Source: Eledone cirrhosa (taxonomy: Eukaryota). From it: a stretch of DNA of 64,000 bases. Position 1 is the stretch's first letter. Each line of letters begins with the position of its first letter. The stretch is taken from contig OZ024743.1 of NCBI GenBank assembly GCA_964016885.1, positions 92,380,001-92,444,000 of the forward strand, in the 5' to 3' direction. Shown here in pieces: positions 53,269-64,000 of this stretch. A program made the position numbers and the translations under genes. A model generated the notes under the pieces. That model had not been told where the DNA came from and made no database searches. It saw only the letters and a program-made list of their open reading frames with translations.

Positions 53269-54528
53269 TTATTTTTTTAAAAAATTAATTTCTTTTCAGA
53301 GCTGTTTATTTTTTACTTGGGTGAGCGCTTAGGAAACCGAGCTGCTGTAAACATTTCCCTTTTTCTTTCTTTAGTTAGTTTGATTTGCAAGCTTTTCTCT
53401 CCAGTGTCTGTTAGTTTCAAAATAATTATGCACGCAAACTTTTTCCTTTCTTTCAACTCTACCCTTCGCATACACACTACTGCAAACGTCTTATAGGCTA
53501 CCGACTGCAAAAACAGAGTTTGTTGATAATTTCAGATATTTCAAACTTTTATTCCGTCTGCCTTCGGAAGTAGTGAGCCTGCTATATACGCTAGAAAATA
53601 TTTATTGAACAAAGATTTGGCTGCTTTTTCTAGCATGTAAAATGAGGGTCCATTTATACCACTTTCCATCCTAATAAGAAACCATCATTTTAACACCGAG
53701 ATTCAAAGAAAAGCTCCCATCACAACTGCTATCACTTTCGCATTTCCCTCTGAAAATATTAAATCGAAACGAAAGAAAGTATTGAGCCAACACTAAGTGT
53801 GTCGATCGGTCACATAACGGGTTCCGGAGCCTACCTGTAATAGCTTTTGATACTAGAAAACACACTGGCAACCTTACTGCGGATGATAGCGAGTCTAAGA
53901 AGCTGATACAACCAAGCACACTCGCAGTCAGCGTCTGATACCTCGGTAAGGCGAGTGGCCAACTATGACAAGAAGTTCGTTGTTAGTGGACCAGCTCCTG
54001 CAAACGTCTTAGAAGCTACAGGCTGGAAAAACATAGTTTGTTGATAATTTCCGATGTTTCAAAGTTATATTCCGTCCGCCTTCGGAAGTAGTGAGCCTGC
54101 TATATACTCTAGAAAATATTTATTGAACAAAGATTTGGCTGCTTTTTCTAGCATGTAAAATGAGCACATTTCTTTAGAGCCGTTCGAATCGAAGATGATG
54201 GACATGTGTAATAATTAATTCGGAATGGGTATCGTAGCTAGTTATTTGGCCGAGTTATATAAACAAAAAGAGAACATAAGTTTTAAAGACAGCAATATCG
54301 ACAACTATGCGATACTCTCGTAGTTAATAACGTGTGCTAATTTATAAGTTAGATGAGATTTATGTAAAAGTTTATTAAGCAACCTAAATTGCTTGAAAAT
54401 ACTATGTTCTATGGTTGAAAGTATGAAAAATGTAAAACAGAAAATTAAAGTATAAAAATTACTGTAAAAGAAAGGTGTTTAGTGAGTTGTTTTATACAAT
54501 AAAACTATTAAATTGAGTGTAAGCTTTC

Positions 54529-54648
54529 GTTTACGGCCATATCCCGCTGAAAACACCGGTTCTCGTCCGATCACCGAAGTTAAGCAACGTCGAGCCTAGT
54601 TAGTACTTGGATGGGTGACCGCTTGGGAACCCTAGGTGCCGTAAGCGT
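54529..54648 (+). rRNA. RNA5S: 5S rRNA copy 26
   Basis: Array consensus. Confidence 0.95.
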
Positions 54649-55908
54649 TTATTTTTTTAAAAAGTTAATTTCTTTTCAGAGCTATTTATTTTTTAGTTCG
54701 GTGGCCGCTTAGGAAACCGAGCTGCTGTAAACATTTCCCTTTTTCTTTCTTTAGTTAGTTTGATTTGCAAGCTTTTCTCTCCAGTGTCTGTTAGTTTCAA
54801 AATAATTATGCACGCAAACTTTTTCCTTTCTTTCAACTCTACCCTTCGCATACACACTACTGCAAACGTCTTATAGGCTACCGACTGCAAAAACAGAGTT
54901 TGTTGATAATTTCAGATATTTCGAACTTTTATTCCGTCCGCCTTCGGACGTAGTGAGCCTGCTATATACGCTAGAAAATATTTATTGAACAAAGATTTGG
55001 CTGCTTTTTCTAGCATGTAAAATGAGGGTCCATTTATACCACTTTCCATCCTAATCAGAAACCATCATTTTAACACCGAGATTCAAAGAAAAGCTCCCAT
55101 CACAGCTGCTATCACTTTCGCATTTCCCTCTGAAAATATTAAGTCGAAACGAAAGAAAGTATTGAGCCAACACTAAGTGTGTCTATCGGTCACATAACGG
55201 GTTCCGGAGCCTACCTCTAATAGCTTTTGACACTAGAAAACACACTGGCAACCTTACTGCGGATGATAGCGAGTCTAAGAAGCTGATACAACCAAGCAGA
55301 CTCGCAGTCAGCGTCTGATACCTCGGTAAGGCGAGTGGCCAACTATGACAAAAAGTTCGTTGTTAGTGGACCAGCTCCTGCAAACGTCTTAGAAGCTACA
55401 GGCTGGACAAACAGAGTTTGTTGATAATTTCCGATGTTTCAAAGTTATATTCCGTCCGCCTTCGGAAGTAGTGAGCCTGCTATATACTCTAGAAAATATT
55501 TATTGAACAAAGATTTGGCTGCTTTTTCTAGCATGTAAAATGAGCACATTTCTTTAGAGCCGTTCGAATCGAAGATGATGGACATGTGTAATAATTAATT
55601 CGGAATGGGTATCGTAGCTAGTTATTTGGCCGAGTTATATAAACAAAAAGAGAACATAAGTTTTAAAGACAGCAATATCGACAACTATGCGATACTCTCG
55701 TAGTTAATAACGTGTGCTAATTTAAAAGTTAGATGAGATTTATGCAAAAGTTTATTAAGCAACCTAAATTGCTTGAAAATACTATGTTCTATGGTTGAAA
55801 GTATGAAAAATGTAAAATAGAAAATTAAAGTATAAAAATTACTGTAAAAGAAAGGTGTTTAGTGAGTTGTTTTATACAATAAAACTATTAAATTGAGTGT
55901 AAGCTTTC

Positions 55909-56028
55909 GTTTACGGCCATATCCCGCTGAAAACACCGGTTCTCGTCCGATCACCGAAGTTAAGCAACGTCGAGCCTAGTTAGTACTTGGATGGGTGACC
56001 GCTTGGGAACCCTAGGTGCCGTAAGCGT
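55909..56028 (+). rRNA. RNA5S: 5S rRNA copy 27
   Basis: Array consensus. Confidence 0.95.
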
Positions 56029-57287
56029 TTATTTTTTTAAAAAGTTAATTTCTTTTCAGAGCTGTTTATTTTTTACTTGGGTGAGCGCTTAGGAAACCGA
56101 GCTGCTGTAAACATTTCCCTTTTTCTTTCTTTAGTTAGTTTGATTTGCAAGCTTTTCTCTCCAGTGTCTGTTAGTTTCAAAATAATTATGCACGCAAACT
56201 TTTTCCTTTCTTTCAACTCTACCCTTCGCATACACACTACTGCAAACGTCTTATAGGCTACCGACTGCAAAAACAGAGTTTGTTGATAATTTCAGATATT
56301 TCGAACTTTTATTCCGTCCGCCTTCGGAAGTAGTGAGCCTGCTATATACGCTAGAAAATATTTATTGAACAAAGATTTGGCTGCTTTTTCTAGCATGTAA
56401 AATGAGGGTCCATTTATACCACTTTCCATCCTAATCAGAAACCATCATTTTAACACCGAGATTCAAAGAAAAGCTCCCATCACAACTGCTATCACTTTCG
56501 CATTTCCCTCTGAAAATATTAAGTCGAAACGAAAGAAAGTATTGAGCCAACACTAAGTGTGTCTATCGGTCACATAACGGGTTCCGGAGCCTACCTCTAA
56601 TAGCTTTTGACACTAGAAAACACACTGGCAACCTTACTGCGGATGATAGCGAGTCTAAGAAGCTGATACAACCAAGCACACTCGCAGTCAGCGTCTGATA
56701 CCTCGGTAAGGCGAGTGACAACTATGACAAAAAGTTCGTTGTTAGTGGACCAGCTCCTGCAAACGTCTTAGAAGCTACAGGCTGGAAAAACAGAGTTTGT
56801 TGATAATTTCCGATGTTTCAAAGTTATATTCCGTCCGCTTTCGGAAGTAGTGAGCCTGCTATATACTCTAGAAAATATTTATTGAACAAAGATTTGGCTG
56901 CTTTTTCTAGCATGTAAAATGAGCACATTTCTTTAGAGCCGTTCGAATCGAAGATGATGGACATGTGTAATAATTAATTCGGAATGGGTATCGTAGCTAG
57001 TTATTTGGCCGAGTTATATAAACAAAAAGAGAACATAAGTTTTAAAGACAGCAATATCGACAACTATGCGATACTCTCGTAGTTAATAACGTGTGCTAAT
57101 TTATAAATTAGATGAGATTTATGTAAAAGTTTATTAAGCAACCTAAATTGCTTGAAAATACTATGTTCTATGGTTGAAAGTATGAAAAATGTAAAACAGA
57201 AAATTAAAGTATAAAAATTACTGTAAAAGAAAGGTGTTTAGTGAGTTGTTTTATACAATAAAACTATTAAATTGAGTGTAAGCTTTC

Positions 57288-57407
57288 GTTTACGGCCATA
57301 TCCCGCTGAAAACACCGGTTCTCCTCCGATCACCGAAGTTAAGCAACGTCGAGCCTAGTTACTACTTGGATGGGTGACCGCTTGGGAACCCTAGGTGCCG
57401 TAAGCGT
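57288..57407 (+). rRNA. RNA5S: 5S rRNA copy 28 (G37C, G75C)
   Basis: 5S sequence with a loop E change. Confidence 0.9.
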
Positions 57408-58667
57408 TTATTTTTTTAAAAAGTTAATTTCTTTTCAGAGCTATTTATTTTTTAGTTCGGTGGCCGCTTAGGAAACCGAGCTGCTGTAAACATTTCCCTT
57501 TTTCTTTCTTTAGTTAGTTTGATTTGCAAGCTTTTCTCTCCAGTGTCTGTTAGTTTCAAAATAATTATGCACGCAAACTTTTTCCTTTCTTTCAACTCTA
57601 CCCTTCGCATACACACTACTGCAAACGTCTTATAGGCTACCGACTGCAAAAACAGAGTTTGTTGATAATTTCAGATATTTCGAACTTTTATTCCGTCCGC
57701 CTTCGGAAGTAGTGAGCCTGCTATATACGCTAGAAAATATTTATTGAACAAAGATTTGGCTGCTTTTTCTAGCATGTAAAATGAGGGTCCATTTATACCA
57801 CTTTCCATCCTAATCAGAAACCATCATTTTAACACCGAGATTCAAAGAAAAGCTCCCATCACAACTGCTATCACTTTCGCATTTCCCTCTGAAAATATTA
57901 AGTCGAAACGAAAGAAAGTATTGAGCCAACACTAAGTGTGTCTATCGGTCACATAACGGGTTCCGGAGCCTACCTCTAATAGCTTTTGACACTAGAAAAC
58001 ACACTGGCAACCTTACTGCGGATGATAGCGAGTCTAAGAAGCTGATACAACCAAGCACACTCGCAGTCAGCGTCTGATACCTCGGTAAGGCGAGTGGCCA
58101 ACTATGACAAAAAGTTCGTTGTTAGTGGACCAGCTCCTGCAAACGTCTTAGAAGCTACAGGCTGGAAAAACAGAGTTTGTTGATAATTTCCGATGTTTCA
58201 AAGTTATATTCCGTCCGCCTTCGGAAGTAGTGAGCCTGCTATATACTCTAGAAAATATTTATTGAACAAAGATTTGGCTGCTTTTTCTAGCATGTAAAAT
58301 GAGCACATTTCTTTAGAGCCGTTCGAATCGAAGATGATGGACATGTGTAATAATTAATTCGGAATGGGTATCGTAGCTAGTTATTTGGCCGAGTTATATA
58401 AACAAAAAGAGAACATAAGTTTTAAAGACAGCAATATCGACAACTATGCGATACTCTCGTAGTTAATAACGTGTGCTAATTTAAAAGTTAGATGAGATTT
58501 ATGCAAAAGTTTATTAAGCAACCTAAATTGCTTGAAAATACTATGTTCTATGGTTGAAAGTATGAAAAATGTAAAATAGAAAATTAAAGTATAAAAATTA
58601 CTGTAAAAGAAAGGTGTTTAGTGAGTTGTTTTATACAATAAAACTATTAAATTGAGTGTAAGCTTTC

Positions 58668-58787
58668 GTTTACGGCCATATCCCGCTGAAAACACCGGTT
58701 CTCGTCCGATCACCGAAGTTAAGCAACGTCGAGCCTAGTTAGTACTTGGATGGGTGACCGCTTGGGAACCCTAGGTGCCGTAAGCGT
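58668..58787 (+). rRNA. RNA5S: 5S rRNA copy 29
   Basis: Array consensus. Confidence 0.95.
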
Positions 58788-60046
58788 TTATTTTTTTAAA
58801 AAGTTAATTTCTTTTCAGAGCTGTTTATTTTTTACTTGGGTGAGCGCTTAGGAAACCGAGCTGCTGTAAACATTTCCCTTTTTCTTTCTTTAGTTAGTTT
58901 GATTTGCAAGCTTTTCTCTCCAGTGTCTGTTAGTTTCAAAATAATTATGCACGCAAACTTTTTCCTTTCTTTCAACTCTACCCTTCGCATACACACTACT
59001 GCAAACGTCTTATAGGCTACCGACTGCAAAAACAGAGTTTGTTGATAATTTCAGATATTTCGAACTTTTATTCCGTCCGCCTTCGAAAGTAGTGAGCCTG
59101 CTATATACGCTAGAAAATATTTATTGAACAAAGATTTGGCTGCTTTTTCTAGCATGTAAAATGAGGGTCCATTTATACCACTTTCCATCCTAATCAGAAA
59201 CCATCATTTTAACACCGAGATTCAAAGAAAAGCTCCCATCACAACTGCTATCACTTTCGCATTTCCCTCTGAAAATATTAAGTCGAAACGAAAGAAAGTA
59301 TTGAGCCAACACTAAGTGTGTCTATCGGTCACATAACGGGTTCCGGAGCCTACCTCTAATAGCTTTTGACACTAGAAAACACACTGGCAACCTTACTGCG
59401 GATGATAGCGAGTCTAAGAAGCTGATACAACCAAGCACACTCGCAGTCAGCGTCTGATACCTCGGTAAGGCGAGTGACAACTATGACAAAAAGTTCGTTG
59501 TTAGTGGACCAGCTCCTGCAAACGTCTTAGAAGCTACAGGCTGGAAAAACAGAGTTTGTTGATAATTTCCGATGTTTCAAAGTTATATTCCGTCCGCTTT
59601 CGGAAGTAGTGAGCCTGCTATATACTCTAGAAAATATTTATTGAACAAAGATTTGGCTGCTTTTTCTAGCATGTAAAATGAGCACATTTCTTTAGAGCCG
59701 TTCGAATCGAAGATGATGGACATGTGTAATAATTAATTCGGAATGGGTATCGTAGCTAGTTATTTGGCCGAGTTATATAAACAAAAAGAGAACATAAGTT
59801 TTAAAGACAGCAATATCGACAACTATGCGATACTCTCGTAGTTAATAACGTGTGCTAATTTATAAATTAGATGAGATTTATGTAAAAGTTTATTAAGCAA
59901 CCTAAATTGCTTGAAAATACTATGTTCTATGGTTGAAAGTATGAAAAATGTAAAACAGAAAATTAAAGTATAAAAATTACTGTAAAAGAAAGGTGTTTAG
60001 TGAGTTGTTTTATACAATAAAACTATTAAATTGAGTGTAAGATATC

Positions 60047-60166
60047 GTTTACGGCCATATCCCGCTGAAAACACCGGTTCTCGTCCGATCACCGAAGTTA
60101 AGCAACGTCGAGCCTAGTTAGTACTTGGATGGGTGACCGCTTGGGAACCCTAGGTGCCGTAAGCGT
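60047..60166 (+). rRNA. RNA5S: 5S rRNA copy 30
   Basis: Array consensus. Confidence 0.95.
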
Positions 60167-61426
60167 TTATTTTTTTAAAAAGTTAATTTCTTTTCAGAGC
60201 TATTTATTTTTTAGTTCGGTGGCCGCTTAGGAAACCGAGCTGCTGTAAACATTTCCCTTTTTCTTTCTTTAGTTAGTTTCATTTGCAAGCTTTTCTCTCC
60301 AGTGTCTGTTAGTTTCAAAATAATTATGCACGCAAACTTTTTCCTTTCTTTCAACTCTACCCTTCGCATACACACTACTGCAAACGTCTTATAGGCTACC
60401 GACTGCAAAAACAGAGTTTGTTGATAATTTCAGATATTTCAAACTTTTATTCCGTCTGCCTTCGGAAGTAGTGAGCCTGCTATATACGCTAGAAAATATT
60501 TATTGAACAAAGATTTGGCTGCTTTTTCTAGCATGTAAAATGAGGGTCCATTTATACCACTTTCCATCCTAATAAGAAACCATCATTTTAACACCGAGAT
60601 TCAAAGAAAAGCTCCCATCACAACTGCTATCACTTTCGCATTTCCCTCTGAAAATATTAAATCGAAACGAAAGAAAGTATTGAGCCAACACTAAGTGTGT
60701 CGATCGGTCACATAACGGGTTCCGGAGCCTACCTGTAATAGCTTTTGATACTAGAAAACACACTGGCAACCTTACTGCGGATGATAGCGAGTCTAAGAAG
60801 CTGATACAACCAAGCACACTCGCAGTCAGCGTCTGATACCTCGGTAAGGCGAGTGGCCAACTATGACAAGAAGTTCGTTGTTAGTGGACCAGCTCCTGCA
60901 AACGTCTTAGAAGCTACAGGCTGGAAAAACATAGTTTGTTGATAATTTCCGATGTTTCAAAGTTATATTCCGTCCGCCTTCGGAAGTAGTGAGCCTGTTA
61001 TATACTCTAGAAAATATTTATTGAACAAAGATTTGGCTGCTTTTTCTAGCATGTAAAATGAGCACATTTCTTTAGAGCCGTTCGAATCGAAGATGATGGA
61101 CATGTGTAATAATTAATTCGGAATGGGTATCGTAGCTAGTTATTTGGCCGAGTTATATAAACAAAAAGAGAACATAAGTTTTAAAGACAGCAATATCGAC
61201 AACTATGCGATACTCTCGTAGTTAATAACGTGTGCTAATTTATAAGTTAGATGAGATTTATGTAAAAGTTTATTAAGCAACCTAAATTGCTTGAAAATAC
61301 TATGTTCTATGGTTGAAAGTATGAAAAATGTAAAACAGAAAATTAAAGTATAAAAATTACTGTAAAAGAAAGGTGTTTAGTGAGTTGTTTTATACAATAA
61401 AACTATTAAATTGAGTGTAAGATTTC

Positions 61427-61546
61427 GTTTACGGCCATATCCCGCTGAAAACACCGGTTCTCGTCCGATCACCGAAGTTAAGCAACGTCGAGCCTAGTTA
61501 GTACTTGGATGGGTGACCGCTTGGGAACCCTAGGTGCCGTAAGCGT
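61427..61546 (+). rRNA. RNA5S: 5S rRNA copy 31
   Basis: Array consensus. Confidence 0.95.
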
Positions 61547-62806
61547 TTATTTTTTAAAAAAATTAATTTCTTTTCAGAGCTGTTTATTTTTTACTTGGGT
61601 GAGCGCTTAGGAAACCGAGCTGCTGTAAACATTTCCCTTTTTCTTTCTTTAGTTAGTTTGATTTGCAAGCTTTTCTCTCCACTGTCTGTTAGTTTCAAAA
61701 TAATTATGCACGCAAACTTTTTCCTTTCTTTCAACTCTACCCTTCGCATACACACTACTGCAAACGTCTTATAGGCTACCGACTGCAAAAACAGAGTTTG
61801 TTGATAATTTCAGATATTTCAAACTTTTATTCCGTCTGCCTTCGGAAGTAGTGAGCCTGCTATATACGCTAGAAAATATTTATTGAACAAAGATTTGGCT
61901 GCTTTTTCTAGCATGTAAAATGAGGGTCAATTTATACCACTTTCCATCCTAATCAGAAACCATCAAGTTAACACCGAGATTCAAAGAAAAGCTCCCATCA
62001 CAACTGCTATCACTTTCGCATTTCCCTCTGAAAATATTAAATCGAAACGAAAGAAAGTATTGAGCCAACACTAAGTGTGTCGATCGGTCACATAACGGGT
62101 TCCGGAGCCTACCTGTAATAGCTTTTGATACTAGAAAACACACTGGCAACCTTACTGCGGATGATAGCGAGTCTAAGAAGCTGATACAACCAAGCAGACT
62201 CGCAGTCAGCGTCTGATACCTCGGTAAGGCGAGTGGCCAACTATGACAAAAAGTTCGTTGTTAGTGGACCAGCTCCTGCAAACGTCTTAGAAGCTACAGG
62301 CTGGAAAAACATAGTTTGTTGATAATTTCCGATGTTTCAAAGTTATATTCCGTCCGCCTTCGGAAGTAGTGAGCCTGCTATATACTCTAGAAAATATTTA
62401 TTGAACAAAGATTTGGCTGCTTTTTCTAGCATGTAAAATGAGCACATTTCTTTAGAGCCGTTCGAATCGAAGATGATGGACATGTGTAATAATTAATTAG
62501 GAATGGGTATCGTAGCTAGTTATTTGGCCGAGTTATATAAACAAAAAGAGAACATAAGTTTTAAAGACAGCAATATCGACAACTATGCGATACTCTCGTA
62601 GTTAATAACGTGTGCTAATTTAAAAGTTAGATGAGATTCATGTAAAAGTTTATTAAGCAACCTAAATTGCTTGAAAATACTATGTTCTATGGTTGAAAGT
62701 ATGAAAAATGTAAAATAGAAAATTAAAGTATAAAAATTACTGTAAAAGAAAGGTGTTTAGTGAGTGGTTTTATACAATAAAACTATTAAATTGAGTGTAA
62801 GCTTTC

Positions 62807-62926
62807 GTTTACGGCCATTTCCCGCTGAAAACACCGGTTCTCGTCCGATCACCGAAGTTAAGCAACGTCGAGCCTAGTTAGTACTTGGATGGGTGACCGC
62901 TTGGGAACCCTAGGTGCCGTAAGCGT
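62807..62926 (+). rRNA. RNA5S: 5S rRNA copy 32 (A13T)
   Basis: 5S sequence. Confidence 0.95.
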
Positions 62927-64000
62927 TTATTTTTTTAAAAAGTTAATTTCTTTTCAGAGCTGTTTATTTTTTACTTGGGTGAGCGCTTAGGAAACCGAGC
63001 TGCTGTAAACATTTCCCTTTTTCTTTCTTTAGTTAGTTTGATTTGCAAGCTTTTCTCTCCAGTGTCTGTTAGTTTCAAAATAATTATGCACGCAAACTTT
63101 TTCCTTTCTTTCAACTCTACCCTTCGCATACACACTACTGCAAACGTCTTATAGGCTACCGACTGCAAAAACAGAGTTTGTTGATAATTTCAGATATTTC
63201 GAACTTTTATTCCGTCCGCCTTCGAAAGTAGTGAGCCTGCTATATACGCTAGAAAATATTTATTGAACAAAGATTTGGCTGCTTTTTCTAGCATGTAAAA
63301 TGAGGGTCCATTTATACCACTTTCCATCCTAATCAGAAACCATCATTTTAACACCGAGATTCAAAGAAAAGCTCCCATCACAACTGCTATCACTTTCGCA
63401 TTTCCCTCTGAAAATATTAAGTCGAAACGAAAGAAAGTATTGAGCCAACACTAAGTGTGTCTATCGGTCACATAACGGGTTCCGGAGCCTACCTCTAATA
63501 GCTTTTGACACTAGAAAACACACTGGCAACCTTACTGCGGATGATAGCGAGTCTAAGAAGCTGATACAACCAAGCACACTCGCAGTCAGCGTCTGATACC
63601 TCGGTAAGGCGAGTGACAACTATGACAAAAAGTTCGTTGTTAGTGGACCAGCTCCTGCAAACGTCTTAGAAGCTACAGGCTGGAAAAACATAGTTTGTTG
63701 ATAATTTCCGATGTTTCAAAGTTATATTCCGTCCGCCTTCGGAAGTAGTGAGCCTGTTATATACTCTAGAAAATATTTATTGAACAAAGATTTGGCTGCT
63801 TTTTCTAGCATGTAAAATGAGCACATTTCTTTAGAGCCGTTCGAATCGAAGATGATGGACATGTGTAATAATTAATTCGGAATGGGTATCGTAGCTAGTT
63901 ATTTGGCCGAGTTATATAAACAAAAAGAGAACATAAGTTTTAAAGACAGCAATATCGACAACTATGCGATACTCTCGTAGTTAATAACGTGTGCTAATTT

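Larger units (their letters stand above)
18570..64000 (+). repeat. Tandem 5S rDNA array, 1379/1380-bp unit, 32 complete 5S copies; continues past the window end
   Basis: Near-identical unit repeated; period confirmed by 5S starts and by the ORF-track spacing. Confidence 0.98.

Noticed and set aside
20205-63168. 32 repeated 65-aa ORFs (MQSVAYKTF...) and sporadic 66/82-aa ORFs on the minus strand
   Set aside because: They start at non-ATG codons, show no recognisable domain, and the 66/82-aa frame is broken by stops in most units. They recur only because the spacer is repeated.
18570-64000. CRISPR-like or phage repeat array
   Set aside because: Units are 1.38 kb and nearly identical, with no unique spacers or cas genes; the context is eukaryotic and the unit contains 5S rRNA.

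Overview
AT-rich eukaryotic genomic DNA. The repeat landscape (tRNA-derived SINEs, RTE/CR1/Penelope/RLE-type LINE relics, AT/ATT/GAT microsatellites) and a mollusc-type 5S rRNA suggest a coleoid cephalopod such as Octopus; this is an inference. Bases 1-18.57 kb hold the last coding exon of a RhoGAP-domain gene (1455-1677), followed by nested transposon debris. From about 18.57 kb to the end of the window is the edge and body of a tandem 5S rDNA array: 32 complete 5S copies on + with a 1379/1380-bp period. Each spacer contains (i) a degenerate second copy of the 3' third of the 5S gene, in two alternating haplotypes, (ii) a duplicated 167-bp sub-repeat, and (iii) a ~95-nt nested hairpin between the sub-repeats. 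The array shows trimer, dimer and monomer higher-order blocks, all copies share non-canonical helix mismatches, and the array edge preserves a diverged spacer fossil. The repeated 65/66/82-aa ORFs in the array are spurious. I found no clear novel protein system; the best leads are in the 5S unit architecture.
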